64,000 nucleotides of DNA from Phoronis australis (lineage: Eukaryota > Animalia > Phoronida). The stretch's first letter is position 1. The number at the start of each line of letters is the position of its first letter. The notes under the pieces are model-generated. The model was given only the letters and a program-made list of their open reading frames with translations, did no database searches and was not told where the DNA came from. Made by a program: the position numbers and the translations under genes. The DNA lies in the NCBI GenBank assembly GCA_002633005.1, contig NMRA01000301.1, positions 310,001 through 374,000 of the forward strand, written 5' to 3'. This document shows, one piece after another, positions 39,885-54,403 of the stretch.

Positions 39885-41217
39885 CAGGGCTCCACATTAA
39901 CTTTTTAAGTAGTTGAAATTTTTACTTGCCCGAACAACAAATTAACTTGCCCCAAGTACAACCCCAAATACCGTAGCACCGTGCATGTGCACACCAAGGT
40001 AATGTGTTACTGTAGGGCTGCCTGTGCTGAGCCTCCTCTTGTGTCATGCATGCTATATAGGGGCCTACATGAGTTGCTATTTTTTAACGATTCTTCTTAT
40101 AGAACATTTATTTATAAGTTGTGTCAAAACACTTGAGAGACAAATTAGAAGAGTAACTATGGTATCTGAACCATTGTTTCACGTCCACAGGCGCCGAAAT
40201 GAGCTAGGACATGAACTCTAGACACTTCTGTGTATTCATTAGTTTATACGCCCTCATGCATTAAACTGGAGTTGTTGCTTAACCTGAATTTGAATTTTTG
40301 CTGTCCGTAAAAATCTTGCACAGTTTTGGTCATCGGTACCTTGTATTAAATTAAAATCAAATGTTAACATATAATAATGCCACATTACATTTTTGAAAAA
40401 TAGATAGACTGCGAAAAAGTCACCCTTCAGAGCGACAATCCTAAAGACCGTATTCCTCTTCTTTCGGGAGTCACCACTAGGAGCCGGGAATTCATAAGAA
40501 TTTCCTTTGGAATTCTCCTGAATAAATACTAGGCATTTAAAACTGCTGTGTAGTGTAGAAAATATGTGATCAATCATTCACTTTTTAGCTTTTGTGCTTA
40601 TCTGTATGACTTACATCCGCCGACGAAAGCGGTGCTTCCAGCTGTACATGGGTAAACGCTGGCAAAAATCACACGTCATCCCTTGTTCACTGTCTCGCAG
40701 GCCAGGAAACCTAATTTCCCATGACGGAACCCATCCCCGCACTCTTTTTTGTTTCATATTGTTGCTTTCATTCTTCCTGAACTCGTTTTTTTAGCAACTA
40801 CCAATGCTGTTCAGGCCTGGACAGCTTCCTTGTTTGGACGTTTTGCCAGAGTGCAGACGATCAGTATTATCACGTGACAACTTATTCAGAAACTGCAGGG
40901 CATGTTCAGAGAATCAAAGGATTTGACCGCGGGCGTCATCTGTGCTCGCTGCATCACACTCATTCTATTTTCCTTTCAGTGCTCATTCGAAGACGGGAGT
41001 TTCTTTGACGGCCACAGGGGCTTTTTCGATGGTTTTTAGGCTTGTGTCGGGGTTCGTTACTTTGGAGCAGATGTCGAGCAGACAATCTTAGGATCTACTT
41101 GCCTATGCAGCCAGCTTTTTAACTTGCCCATCGGGCAGGTACTTTTCAAGATTCCACTTGCCCGACGCAAAATCTACATGTACACGGGCAAGCGAGCAAC
41201 CGTTAGTGTTGAGCCCT
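39885..41217. mobile_element. hAT-like non-autonomous DNA transposon (~1.33 kb)
   Basis: TIRs (C)AGGGCTCCACATTAAC / AGGGCTCAACACTAAC (reverse complement), repeated subterminal ACTTGCCC at both ends, flanking atataca direct repeat. Confidence 0.8.
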
Positions 41218-42802
41218 ATATACAGCTGGATATTATAGGGCTATGTATATTACCAGGCTATGCATATTATCAGGCTATGTATATTATCAGGCTATGTGTT
41301 AGGTCCCAGACTAGACCCTGCCCACAGGGTATTTTCTTTTTCAGTGACCTAGATTTGACAGTGCAGCAGCCAGGAAACAATGTTTGTTTTGTAATTATGA
41401 ACATAAACATTTATTTCCCTTCACTGTAGCTAACAATAGTTGTGAAGAAGGGTCACAATGGATGGATAAACACTCCATCCACACAACACTTGCCCAAGAC
41501 CAAGTTTCTCCTGGAAGGAAGGAGTTGTCGCTAGGTTTGGGAGCTATGTGTAGTGTGCAACTTGCCCTACTTGTGACAATGTTCTAGTGTAACTTGTGCC
41601 AGTTCTAGTCACTGTGTGGCCACAAACCTGGAGCAAGGCGGAAGTAACTATCAGCTATGGTTACATACAGGGGGATCTTTTTCATGCTGTATTCCCATCA
41701 ACTGGTCATTGTAGTGCACAGAGTGACAACTTCTGTTTTGCCCTAGTTGTGGGACATATGCATATATTTGTGGACGCTCTGCTTAAAGTGGCACAAGCTG
41801 CTCTATGCACAAGTGCATGTTGTTCTAGGGTAGCTAGGGTAGGTCTGTGTGTGGGTGAGAGAGTTTGGGATGTAAAGAATTAAAAAATCTTTTTTGCCTG
41901 TTTAAGAATTGCAAACTGGTATTCCCTTTTCAATTTAACTCCTCGATTTTCTCAAAGAAAAAGATTGACCACATACTCACCCATACCACTGTTGAAGTAG
42001 GCCTGTAGGCCTTCTTTCGTGTGGATCTGGGATTTGGGCAATGGATTATGCACTGATTTTATGCATTGTATTTCTAAGTTCCTTTTTTGTATATGGAATT
42101 TTTTGTTCACTTCTTGTGCTGTGTTGTAAAAATGCTGAACTCGCGTTGCAGTAAAATATCACCAATTTAAGATAACATATGATGTACAAGGTTTATTGTC
42201 TCCTTTTTTGTAAATCATATGATGGCAAATTAATGCTTGATCGTGCTAAATGTTCTGTACCGTGACTATCACCGTACAATATGTTGGATATTTGAAAAAT
42301 GAAGGGCAGTTTTGGCAGTTATACCAAGTTGTTGAGATTTTATTGTAGTGGGCAGTGTGTTAGTGAGTGTCGACTGTAGTGTTATGCTGGAGAGAGACGG
42401 TCTTGTCATCTGATGGTTCCAGTCAAACTATTGATTTTACTTAGTTGTTTACAACTGACCAGTCTTGATGCAGAATGGGGAATTGACCTAGCTGAGGATC
42501 TTGATAGTTGAGATTTACAAATAGGTGGATATTCCTCCTATGCAAGGCATTACTCTATCTAAACGCTTGGTATTTGCCATTCCCATTTAGCCGTCCAAAA
42601 CAGGGATCTCTGAGACGCGTTGCCTGTATAATTTTGGTTAGTTTTATCTAAGTTTTTGGAGCTGAATTTACAAATGCATTTGTGAGTATTTTTAAGGTGC
42701 TAGAAAAGTGTTAAAGCAATGTGTAGTATTAAGTATGGAACGTGTGATCATGGAATATTGTGACGGGACGTTCGTAACTTTACGCTTATTTGTTATTCTT
42801 AT

Positions 42803-43960
42803 TTAGTTGCAAATGTTCAGTTATTCTTATCTCAGTGCGCCTTTGTTACGTGGGCATGCGGGCGCAACTGTATGTGTCGGGCACTTCGCTAGCGACAGGC
42901 TTAGGAGAAGGGTGTTTCCTTCCTTTGCCTACATGAAATTGATCGTCATCATGTGTAACTGAACTGAACGTATGCCTGATGATGAAAAATACACATTTTT
43001 GATGCTCAGTGGAGACTTGCTCTGTTACAACATTTTTAATTTTGCTTGGTAATATGGACTAAGCATTGAAATTGTACAGCCGTACCAGGCCATGGCACAG
43101 TTTTGGGCTCATTTCTTTGTTATGGTGTTCCGGTCCCCTGGTCTGTGTAAGCCATGACATTTCAACCCTCTGTTCAGTGTAAGCCACCATAATCCACTCC
43201 TTGTCTTCTGAGAATGCAAAAAAGATTAGCTGTCTCTGGTCTGTACACCAATTCATTTTGAGATCTGCACTACATCATAACACTGCTACATTGGAAAATG
43301 ATTTTTGGAATCCTATTGATATTGTTAGAGGTAATGAACCATGAAGTATTCCAAATTATAACATCACAAGCCAGATGGAACCTATTTTCATGATAGCATG
43401 AGCACTCTACTAATTTCCACTGTATATTTTGACCCATTCAGTTCCAAGATGCTTNTTAGTTGCAAATGTTCAGTTATTCTTATCTCAGTGCGCCTTTGTT
43501 ACGTGGGCATGCGGGCGCGACTGTATGTGTCGGGCACTTCGCTAGCGACAGGCTTAGGAGAAGGGTGTTTCTTTCCTTCGCCTACATGAAATTGATCGTC
43601 ATCATGTGTAACTGGGCTCATTTCTTTGTTATGGTGTTCCGGTCCCCTGGTCTGTGTAAGCCATGACATTTCAACCCTCTGTTCAGTGTAAGCCACCATA
43701 ATTCACTCCTTGTCTTCTGAGAAAGCAAAAAAGATTAGCTGTCTCTGGTCTGTACACCAATTCATTTTGAGATCTGCACTACATCATAACACTGCTACAT
43801 TGGAAAATGATTTTTGGAATCCTATTGATATTGTTAGAGGTAATGAACCATGAAGTATTCCAAATTATAACATCACAAGCCAGATGGAACCTATTTTCAT
43901 GATAGCATGAGCACTCTACTAATTTCCACTGTATATTTTGACCCATTCAGTTTCAAGATG
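42803..43960. repeat. ~0.5-0.65-kb direct duplication joined at a single N (43455)
   Basis: ttagttgcaaatgttcag... begins at both 42803 and 43456; copy 1 has ~140 extra bp (about 42962-43103). Confidence 0.92.
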
Positions 43961-46900
43961 ATTTGTGAATTATACCATGAACTCCAGAGACTTGGATCCT
44001 CCTGATGTTTTCAGCTGTTAAGGTTGGATAAGAAGTGGTTGCTTGGGAGATGTTGTGTGTCATGTCATAGTATGGGTCTGTTGCATGTGTCAGGAAGGAT
44101 GAGTCATTCCTGCAGGATTATGTTGCTAAGCTTAAGTTAATAACAGTCTTTCCTGTGAGCAGCTCTTCTCTCAAGATACTGTTGTGTAATTTGTAAAAGG
44201 GTTCATCCTATAAAGATTGCTATCCTCTTGGAAGTCATTAGACAGTTAGTTATTTGACATGTGGGGTGAAACGTGCATAAATTCCACTAATCCCTGCCAT
44301 CCAAAGGTGCTGACTTCATTGGAAGAGGTCTTATATCTTTCTGTGCTTTCAATGGCATATCCTATGTACGTGCTTCATTCGTGGCATATCGTGTTTCACT
44401 CACGGGAATTGTATAATACATGTTTGACTTGTTGTATATTGTATTTGGCTGATAATATGTTTCATTGTCGTTAAACGTCCATTGTCTAGTTTTTGTCAAT
44501 TGTTTTACGTCACTTAAATCTTATTTGTGATGCAAGTTACCAGAAGTCTCTGGATGTCATTATCACAGCATAATTTAAGTATTTTTTATCATCTAAAGAG
44601 TTTCTTATACTTTTCTTTGTTTACATTTTATGTTTATGTGCATCTTGTTTAGTTGTTTAGTTGTTTATTATTCTCTTTGTTAGCCCTTTGAGACTAGTTC
44701 TCAATACATGCTCATGGCATGAACTTGAAATCTTCTACGTTTAAAGCTACTTTCAACTTGTCTAGCTGGCTGAGAGTGAAACTCAATTTCAGGCCTTTTA
44801 CTCTCGTAAAACTCATGATGTTCCTTGCTGTGATAGGATTCTATTTATGTTACAAAAATATCAGAACCATATAAAGTGGAACAACATTTTGAAAACTGTA
44901 ACAACATTATGAGGTCTCGTCTTTAACATTTATCAATGAAAATGTCATCACATTATGAATACCATTCGTTTGCTATCAGTACACCATTCAGTGTTGCTAA
45001 ATTCACAAAAAAGACATGGTCACGTGACTAAGTGACAGACTGGTAACACATTGAAAATCAAATATTGCAGACTATATGCACTTTTACATAATGTGTATCT
45101 TTACTCAGTTAAAAGCTATTGAGATTTTGTAGGTGTTTGTATAAATAGGGTACACATTGTTGTCAAATGAAGTCCTGCATAACAGTAGCATCTCTATTCA
45201 AGATACCAAATGAGGCACAAATAGTGAAGAGCTGGCTGTTGAATGGACTTTTCACCCTTTGGTTTATTTTGTTTTGAAACAGGGAATAAGTTTTTAAAAA
45301 TATCTTAAGAGTATGCACCATCAATCCTGATCCCTACCTTCCATTAGAACCTCAATTCTCTACTTATTTTGCACAAAAATAATTGCCAAAATGATATTTT
45401 TCCCATTTTTCCTTCATGCAAGTATGGCTAAATTTAGTAAATATTGTTTAGCAAGTACATCTATGATTTGATTTCTTCTGTGTTGTACCATTTATCAAAG
45501 GGCATTCAATCATTTTTTCATTTCATACAATCTGCAGATGCTGTTGGTGATCACCTTGCAGCTGTTGTTGTGAATTCCCTTTGTTTCCATGTTTTATACA
45601 ACAGTGTTTTTGTTTTTATCATTTAAGATGCAGTGAACCATGGGAGACGTGCGGTCACTTCACTGCTATTGACACCAGGTGGGGCTACTGCATATACTGA
45701 AGAAGTGTATAACGCATGTTATAGAAACAACATTCAGACTCTATCTAGAACGTTCTCCAATTTTTTAGCATGTACTCTTATGTTGAAATTGGTTATTGAT
45801 CTTCAAAACCTGGGAGTTTAGTTCTTGTCTTCATGAGCACTCTTGCCATCAACACATGAACTAATCAAAGACACTGCTGTGCTTACCAGTTTAGAATAGC
45901 CAAGGAGTACCCAGAACATAAGAATACTGCTCTCATTGAAATGTCTTGTTTTTCTGCATTTTGTTCATTTAAGTAAGTTCTCTTGCTGACTGGCTGATTC
46001 TGAATTACCCTTGGTGTTTCACAGCTTTTGATATTGTAAACAAATTCGATGCGCAATTCCTTGGCTGGCATCTTCTAATTTGTAACCTGCGTGATGTTGC
46101 CTTACCCTGAACTGAGTTGAGAACAATGTTTTTGACATCACGGGTATTAAGTTTTAGCAAGTTTAAAGTTACTCATTTACCATGAGCGAGAACACTAGCA
46201 TAGCAGCAGACATCACAGTGAAATTGTGAAACTACCGTATTCATCTGTCAACAATCAAAATTGAAAAGGTATAGTGGCCAAAATTTCAATGATATGATGT
46301 CTCATTTTAAATGTATGTGAGTGTTGAAAGTTTCAATTTAATTTCATGACCTTCACAAGAAATGGAGTCGTGAATTATACATGGTTATTCTTGATAAACC
46401 GATTCTTTCTCATGTTATGTCACTCTGAAGTTTGCCATTTTGGACCCACCAAAGCAGTAGTCAATGGAACTTAACCACTTTTGATACAAAGACTTGTAGT
46501 AATCTAATTTTTAACTCAACTTTCATTATGCCAGTTATGATATGTAGTTTGATAGGTATTATTGAGGCTGGAAAGTGTGGTCTTGTCACTTTCCCCCTGA
46601 TGCCATGGCATGATACATGACTTGTAAACATATGGATTCTCTACCTTTCCAGCTCACCACCTGATATGAAAATTTGAAAAGATTTGAATAAGATTAAATG
46701 CACAGAAATCATTATCTGGTTCATCGCATCACGCTTGTTTTAAGGCTAGCTGAGAAGCATCCTATTATGTTTAAACCTATACCAAGGTTTATAAAGTTGA
46801 CCACTTTTCCTTGAGATGCAGTCATATGACAAAAAATGGTTGTTATTGTGAGATACTTGTGACCATAGTCTGGCAGTGTTAATTAGCCAATTGGTGGAGT

Positions 46901-47366
46901 ACTAATGAGGGTCCTTTACACTACAAAAAGAGTAAACAAGAAGATGATTTTGCTTATTTTTTGAAAACTTCATACAATACGGCTGTCATCAATAAACACA
47001 TGATGAAATTTTAAAATTTTGGCAATACTGTGAGCACTTGAAAACTTAAATAATGACAATTCTGCCCATTATTTTTGTTTAAATTTAAAGAGAGTTTACC
47101 TGTACAGTGTACATCATTATAATGATGCTCTCCATAGCTGTGTACCACGGCTACCAACAGACAATATTTTGAAAAATTGTGTTCGTTTACTACAATGTTA
47201 AAATTCCTTGGAAATGAAAAAGTGCAATTTTGTCATTTTTTGTCTGAAATTGGTTTTATCTTAGCATACACCTGGGGCAATGCTTATTTCCTTTGCATTT
47301 TGCCTGTTTAGTTCAGCCACTGTTAATTTACTCAATTTTCTGCTGCTAAATATGCAAAACTTGGAT

Positions 47367-47630
47367 CATTTTCTCTTTCTCAACGTACAACTGCGACTCT
47401 TGCCATTTTCTCTTTCTCAACACACAACTGCGACTCCTGACATTTTCTCTTTCTCAACACACAACTGCGACTCCTGACATTTTCTCTTTCTCAACATACA
47501 ACTGCGACTCCTGACATTTTCTCTTTCTCAACGTACAACTGCGACTCTTGCCGTTTTCTCTTTTCAACGTACAACTGCGACTCCTGCCATTTTCTCTTTC
47601 TCAGCGTACAACTACGACTCCTGCCATTTT
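47367..47630. repeat. 37-bp minisatellite, about 7 copies
   Basis: Unit cattttctctttctcaacgtacaactgcgactc(c/t)tg(a/c). Confidence 0.93.
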
Positions 47631-48865
47631 ATACCTTGAGCATGAACACTTCTCACCTCAGACCTGCAACTTCATGCTTGCCACAATTTCTATATTGCAT
47701 GTGTTAACAGCTGGTTGACTTTGGTCATCGCATTAGTTCATGGAGTGTTGCAGAGGTAACATTAAAAAAAATGGATGTAAACTCTGATACTTGATGCCTG
47801 GTTAGCGGAAAAATCGAGTTCTCCATTTTGCCATGCAATAGTTTACTATAAACTCTATCCATTTTAGGCTGCTATATGATGAAGTGAATTTTTCCGTAAA
47901 AGATTAGAATATTCAAATAAGCTTTATGATTTTTAAGCTCTATATATGATACACTTAATCGCCACATTTAAGACACAATATCGTTCATGATTGATATATC
48001 CTATTTTATCAAATTTTCCAACAAAAATAAAGATATGAACAGTTTAGTCTGATATTATTAGCATGATTTACTGTTTTGGTGTTTAAATTTGAAACAATTT
48101 CCATCATTTTCATCAAGGCAATCAGTTTGTGAAAAATTTGGCATTTATTGTAAGAAATACTAGTGAAGAGGTATTGAATTATCTTACAGTGTTTTGAGAA
48201 AATGTCATTGTCAGTAAAGAAAATTAAAAATATTGACGGTTATTTTTCTATGAAATACGGTAGGTGATATTTTACCATAACATTAAGGATGGTGGCTGTG
48301 TCATTTAGTTGGACATCAAGGAATGATGCTCACAGTCACGTGTACAGTTTGCACGGGTGGATCAACACTTTGTGTCAAGTCTCATCTTATGTGTAGATAA
48401 CCCTTTACATATATGGTTGATCATCAGGTGTTCAAGTCTGGTCATGTATATAGATAACCCTGTGTGCACATGGTTTATCAACACTTGGTGTTTTAAGTCT
48501 CATTTCTGCTCTGTCTCTCCTTCCTGTAACTTGATCCTTGGCGAAGTTGTCCAGGTTGAGTTGTCTTCTCCTGTCATGGCCTTGACAAACATGTCAATAC
48601 TTGTCCAAGAAACATCTGTTGGGTGCTAACCTCTGATTCCACCTACACTCCATTTGACAGATGGCTTGTGGTGGTGATGGAAACTTGTGGCTGTACCCTG
48701 TCTCACATGATGCTTCAGCTTGTAATCAGTTAACTTGAGGTGGTGCATGTATTTGTCTGTCATAGTACTCTGACTCACTATTTATTGTGATTCCCTAGTG
48801 CTATGCCTGGTGCTTGCGACCAGTTACTGATGGTCTGGATCCTAACCTGGAACAATAGCCTGACT

Positions 48866-49122
48866 CATGCGTGCACCCAACCTAAAAAATGGGGGCCTCG
48901 AATTTTTGAGAATGTGGACCTTTTACTAAGATTCAACGAGGACATTCAGAGCTATGAATTGTGCATATGCCGAATTTTGGTTGTTTCTGACTTTTTAGTG
49001 GACTTTTGTCTTGTTTTCTTCTTTGTTCAATGTGTTGATTTCTCTGAGGCGAATCATGTTGCCCACTTTGCCAAATGGGGGGGTTCATTCGTGCCCCCCG
49101 AGCACGCCTGGGTGCTCGCATG
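48866..49122. mobile_element. 257-bp MITE with 5-bp TSD
   Basis: TIR CATGCGTGCACCCA / CATGCGAGCACCCA (reverse complement); perfect TGACT duplication; inserted in a degenerate ~90-bp tandem repeat (48770-49365). Confidence 0.85.
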
Positions 49123-51269
49123 TGACTTAGTTCTGTGACTCCTTAGCGCCACGCCTGGTGCTTGTGATCAGCTTCTGATGGTGTGGATCCTAACAGTAGC
49201 TTGACTCAGTGTGCTATGATTCCATACTTCTCTTGCATCACCATGTGTTGCTTGTGGTCTGTTGCTGATGTTGTGGATTCCAACCAAGAACATTAGCCTG
49301 ACTCACTGTGTACTGTGATTCCATACTCGTGCATTATATGTGGTGCTGTGGTCAGTTACTGATGGCATTTGTCATAGACAGTTTGTGCTAAAGCTTTTCC
49401 TTTCTACTCTAATGTTGCTTTCTTTTGGTGTCTTAGGACATTTAGTTGAGTTTTGTGAGATTTTAAGAAAATATATTGCTTTCAACTAGTACTCTGAGTA
49501 TATTTCTAAATCAAGTTAAGTAGACTGAAGAATAGCGATGTAACGAAGTCACTAGCGGTACCTAAAATCAGAGCTTCCAGGAAGTTAAGTGTGGTCCCAT
49601 TACACCGTCAATTAAAACTTTTGAAATTTTAAAGTATAGAAGGATAATGTTTACTCACTCTGAAATGGAAGAGATCTTTTGTAAATTGTAAGAAGAGAGT
49701 GATGTGTCAAATCAGAAAAAGGCGTGAAGGAGTTGATCCTAAAATTCAAGTTATGTTATGATCTTGTCAGTTTTGATCTCACATTCTTGACCTAGAACTC
49801 CTTGTCTTGTGATTGTGGTTTCATTAACAGTCGAAACATGTAATTTCCTGGTGTATAATCTACAAAACACATCTGTTCCCAGAACTTTGGTGTTTGTCCG
49901 AGACTCTGTGGCAGTGTTGTATTGCAAGATTGCATTGTGCAGTTGTAACAATCCCTAATTGGACTTCAGGGGAAAACTGCATTGTTGCCGGAGTGTGTTA
50001 CACACGGTTCTGCCATGAAGTCTAGGGAAGCATTCACATTTTACTCGTCAGCACACCATATTTACAGCAGGGAAACTGAGCCCTCACCTCAAGTGCATTT
50101 ACATCATAAGCCAAAACTGGTTATCCTACCTGGATCATGTCAGATTATCTTGTGTGCTGAACATGAATGGGTGTTTGTCCCATGTGTCCGATTTGTTGTT
50201 GCAAAAACTGATCTTAGCTGACATAGACAAAACATCCTTTACTAGGTTCACATGAGTGCTGAAAATGCCAAGAGTTTCCCGAGCTAAAACTCCAACATTT
50301 TAGTCAGACAGATGAGCTTTCTGCGAAGGTGTAATTTTTGCCAGCAGTTAGTTTGTTTCCTTACCTTCAAGTTGCATTTAAGCAAAACTAAGGTCATTCT
50401 CTGCCATTAATTGCTTGCCTTGATAACAGAGTAGAATTCTCTTGCCTTTGCATTCCTGTCCTTTGAAGTAAGTGGTCTAGCTACTCAAGTACTAGCGGAA
50501 ATGCCAATAGTTTTGAGTTAAATCTAACCTCCAGCAAAGCACCAGTAAAAGTTACCCACAGTAAAAGTTACGGTTATTCACATTACTGGTGTTTTTGAGA
50601 AAACACTAGTATTTTAGCCAGCATGTGAAACGCTTATTGGTTTATTTCATTAGCTTAAAGCTAGATGCCATTGTAGTGTGTATGAGACTTGACTAATCAC
50701 AGTTTGAACTGACAATTTCCCTGCCAAGGTCTGCCTCAAGAATGCATGGCAATACCTCCAAAAACTTCCATGAAGCAGCTAAACTTTTGTGCCTATATTC
50801 AATCCATCAATGCACGAAGGGCCCCCTCTTGACTCTGGGCCCTCATTCACTTCACAAGCAAATATTGAGCATGTTTTTATTGAACTTACGGTAGATTCAG
50901 TGATACTCTCGATGTATTGTATTATGAGTCAAAAAGGGGTGATCATGTCATGTAATACCGAGTATCAAAGGCAATGCCATGCGACTATTTTGCTATTGAT
51001 AAATAGACTTTATTTCTGCAGCTTCCCATTCCTGTAGATGGTCTCTTTGCCAAGCTCATTTTGAGTGCACTTGCCAAATGTCATCAATTTCCAAACAAGG
51101 TCTAGGTAATTCTACTCGTGGACGAGACGGTCTCACCATTTGGTGACTGTAAGGTGGTACTGATTCTTACAGCTAACCAAATGCCCAGTGTTCACTTCAG
51201 CGGCATTCTTGTATGCTTTAAATTGGTCATGCAGATTAAATGTGAACTCCTGACCAACTTGTGTTGCAG

Positions 51270-51440
51270 AGGCGCTACTGCAGAACCGTGCCTTGCCGGA
51301 CAAACCCTCTGATCAACAGCTGGCCAGATGGACATCACGTGACAACCTACTAGACCGACCTGACGAGGGCGACCAGAGTCTCTTTGTGGCACTCTATGAG
51401 TTCCAGCCGGCTGGAACCAATCAGCTGCCACTAGAGAAAG
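51270..51440 (+). CDS. ABL: ABL exon 2 (cap and start of SH3)
   Basis: (E)ALLQNRALPDKPSDQQLARWTSRDNLLDRPDEGDQSLFVALYEFQPAGTNQLPLEK; RWxSxxNL and FVALYxF motifs; AG/GT boundaries. Confidence 0.93.
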
Positions 51441-54104
51441 GTAACCAGATAACTCTGCCTATGCTACTGAAAGTAAATTCTTTGTGTTCGTGGTAATAGC
51501 TATGGAGCTACTTAAGATTAAGTGGGTTTCATGAGCTGTTTCTTATTGATAAAAAGATGAAACTCTTGAGGGTATGAAAGGTTGATAGCAGTCAACTATT
51601 GAATGTCAAACCTGTCCTTCCTTTGTTCATACTTATTCACATTCAAGACAGTGGACAAGAATGCTAATCTTAAAAGCTTCTCAACATTTACGTTAAAGTT
51701 TTTCGAATCACAACACACTATGTCAGAACTGTATAATTTCATTTTATCAAAAATTTTCAACAAGAGTGAACAGGAAGACAATTTTACTCGATCATTTGAA
51801 AACTTTTTATAGTACGACTGTTACACAATGCAAATTTTAATATTTTTGGCAATACACTGAGTGTTTTAAAATGAAAAAAATATATATAATTTCGGCCATT
51901 ATTTTCTCGAATTTAAGGAAACTTTACTATAGTTTCAAATTGAGTCGTCGAATTATAGAGGGCTGTGATAGATGCAAAGTATGGAGCATGTTGGCTTCAG
52001 GTTGAGTTTGCAGTGGCACATGTGTCTAGAGATGCTAAGTAAGCTATTGAAAGGATGTGTTCTTTAAATGTCTGTTTATAACATACTGAATGCTGCGAGT
52101 GTGATTGAGAAGGTCAGTCTGTGCTACAGCACATGCTGAATCTTCCAACTGGTCATATGGAATGCACTCTTCCTTGTAGTGTGTGACATGGTGACTGACT
52201 TATGTAGGGTAGGGGGAGAAATCCTGGTGGTTGGCCTGGGGGAAGGGATAGTGTAGTGACTGGGGTGTGCAATGTACCCTCTCCCCAATTATTTTTATCT
52301 AGCTACTCACCTGTTAGGTATCCATTGACGTTGAGATCTCTAGCAACCTTAGTAGTGTCTGATTGAAGGTACACGTGTATCTGAATACATGTGTGTGTCT
52401 TGATCATTGTGTTACAGGTGTAGTCTGTACAAGTTTCTTCAATTAAGAACACGGTGTGACCGACCAGTGAAATTTTATTTTAGCAAAATGTTCATGAAAA
52501 GTAAACTTCACTTCACAGTTTGCACAGCTAGAACTGTACAAGTGTGACCGGCAAAACGTGTGATGAATTTTTTTAGCATTTTTATGCACCACATATGTGT
52601 ATTTTTGTCACTCTTTCCAGGTATTTGGGTGTCTGCTGGATATCTGAAAATCCCTGGTTGTATTTTGATGAAATTTAGGTGTAGTGCATCATTAGAATGA
52701 TCCGTGCCACTTGTTAACCCAAAATGCAAAAATGAGGTGATCGTCTGCTGTATATTCCAGAGCAAGACTTATTCCACACCAGGACTCGAGTAACAGACGT
52801 GGAAATGAGTGATTAAAATGGGAAACAAAAAATTTTTGAACCGTTGACTCTGTAGGCTAGTATGAAGGCAAAACTAGGAAAACTCAGCCTATCAGTGCAT
52901 GGGCCTCAGTTCGCTTTTTGCAAAAATGGACAAAAGGTGGACCCATCTGTGGCACTACACTGACTGGAATAAAGTTGAGATCTTGGCAATGTCTAGTCAT
53001 TGTGGCTTCAAAATTTATATATGGACGCGACCACTGCACACAGAGTACTCATACGCAGTGGCGGACATGTGTGCGTAAAATGCTAAGACCACGTATTGGC
53101 TTCACTTGAATTTTAGAAAATTATTCAACGTTTACGTCATATCTTCGATTTCTCTCACTGCGCAATATTGAGCACGCAACCTAGTCGGCGTAAAGGCAGT
53201 GGGTGAATGAATAACCCTCCTCCCTCCAACTAGTATTTGGATTTGAGAAGGAAGCGTGTTTGCTAGATTGAGATTGGCGGACTGAAGTCATGACACGGTT
53301 TGACAAAGAAAAAAAGTCACAAAGTGATGGCCGAGTTTCAAGTTACCGAAATCATAAACAAGTTCAAAACAACATTAGAATAGTTGTATTATACACTAGC
53401 CGACATCATGAACAGTTATGAATCAACAAGATTATGACTCACTCATTACATAATAATGCAAATGGTAAACACTACCAATTTAAGGAAAGTGTATAGTCCT
53501 AGAGAGTTGTTGCGGATCCTTGCTTTTTAAGCATATTTCCAATTGTCCTCTACTATTGCACCAATGTCGAGGGGGTTGTATTCATCGTTCTGTTTCAGTC
53601 TATTACAGCTGTAGCCACACATGTGACAGCATGACAGACTGCTATATACGCAAGACCAGCTTGACCTTTACACTAGCTCCTAGTTGCCATTTTTTTCTTG
53701 ACAAGGGTCTTTTCAAGTGTTGTTTGGGGAACAGCTTTTCTTGATGATATCTAGAGAATTGATTGACAGATTTCAATGAAATTTGACTCAGAGATATGTG
53801 ATGACACTCATGCACAAGCATTCGATTTTCGGGCTGATTCGACTAGTACAACACGCCGTAGTGGCGCGTAGAGTCATATTGTTTGTGATGCACTGTGGGT
53901 GCATGTCAGTGCCCCAGCATTGCCCTATTTTACTATGCAATGAACTTTTGAAAATTGGAAACTTGACAATTTTGGCAGTATTTTTTTTTTGAATTTCATT
54001 AAACTTATGGCAGTTGGCTGTGAGTGATGTGCTCAACTTGATACTTGGGCTGATTTGAATTTTTATTAAGTACGTCTTAGTCACAGGTATGACATTTGTT
54101 GCAG

Positions 54105-54403
54105 GTATGCAGGTCAGCCTAATTGACTACAACAAGAGCCGTGAGTGGTGTGAGGTGCGCACCAAGCAGGGCCGCACTGGCTGGGTGCCTAGCAACTACA
54201 TCGCACCCGTTCTCAGCCTGGACAAGTTTTCATGGTACCACGGTCCGATCTCTCGTAACGCGGCGGAGTACCTGCTCAGTAGTGGTATCAACGGGAGCTT
54301 CCTGGTACGTGAGAGCGAAAGTTGCCCAGGTCAGTGGTCGATATCGCTCAGGTATGAGGGACGCGTCTATCACTACCGCATCAGCGAGGACACTGATGCC
54401 AAG
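54105..54403 (+). CDS. ABL: ABL exon 3 (SH3-SH2)
   Basis: GWVPSNYI...[30 protein letters not shown]...RVYHYRI; AG/GT boundaries. Confidence 0.97.
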
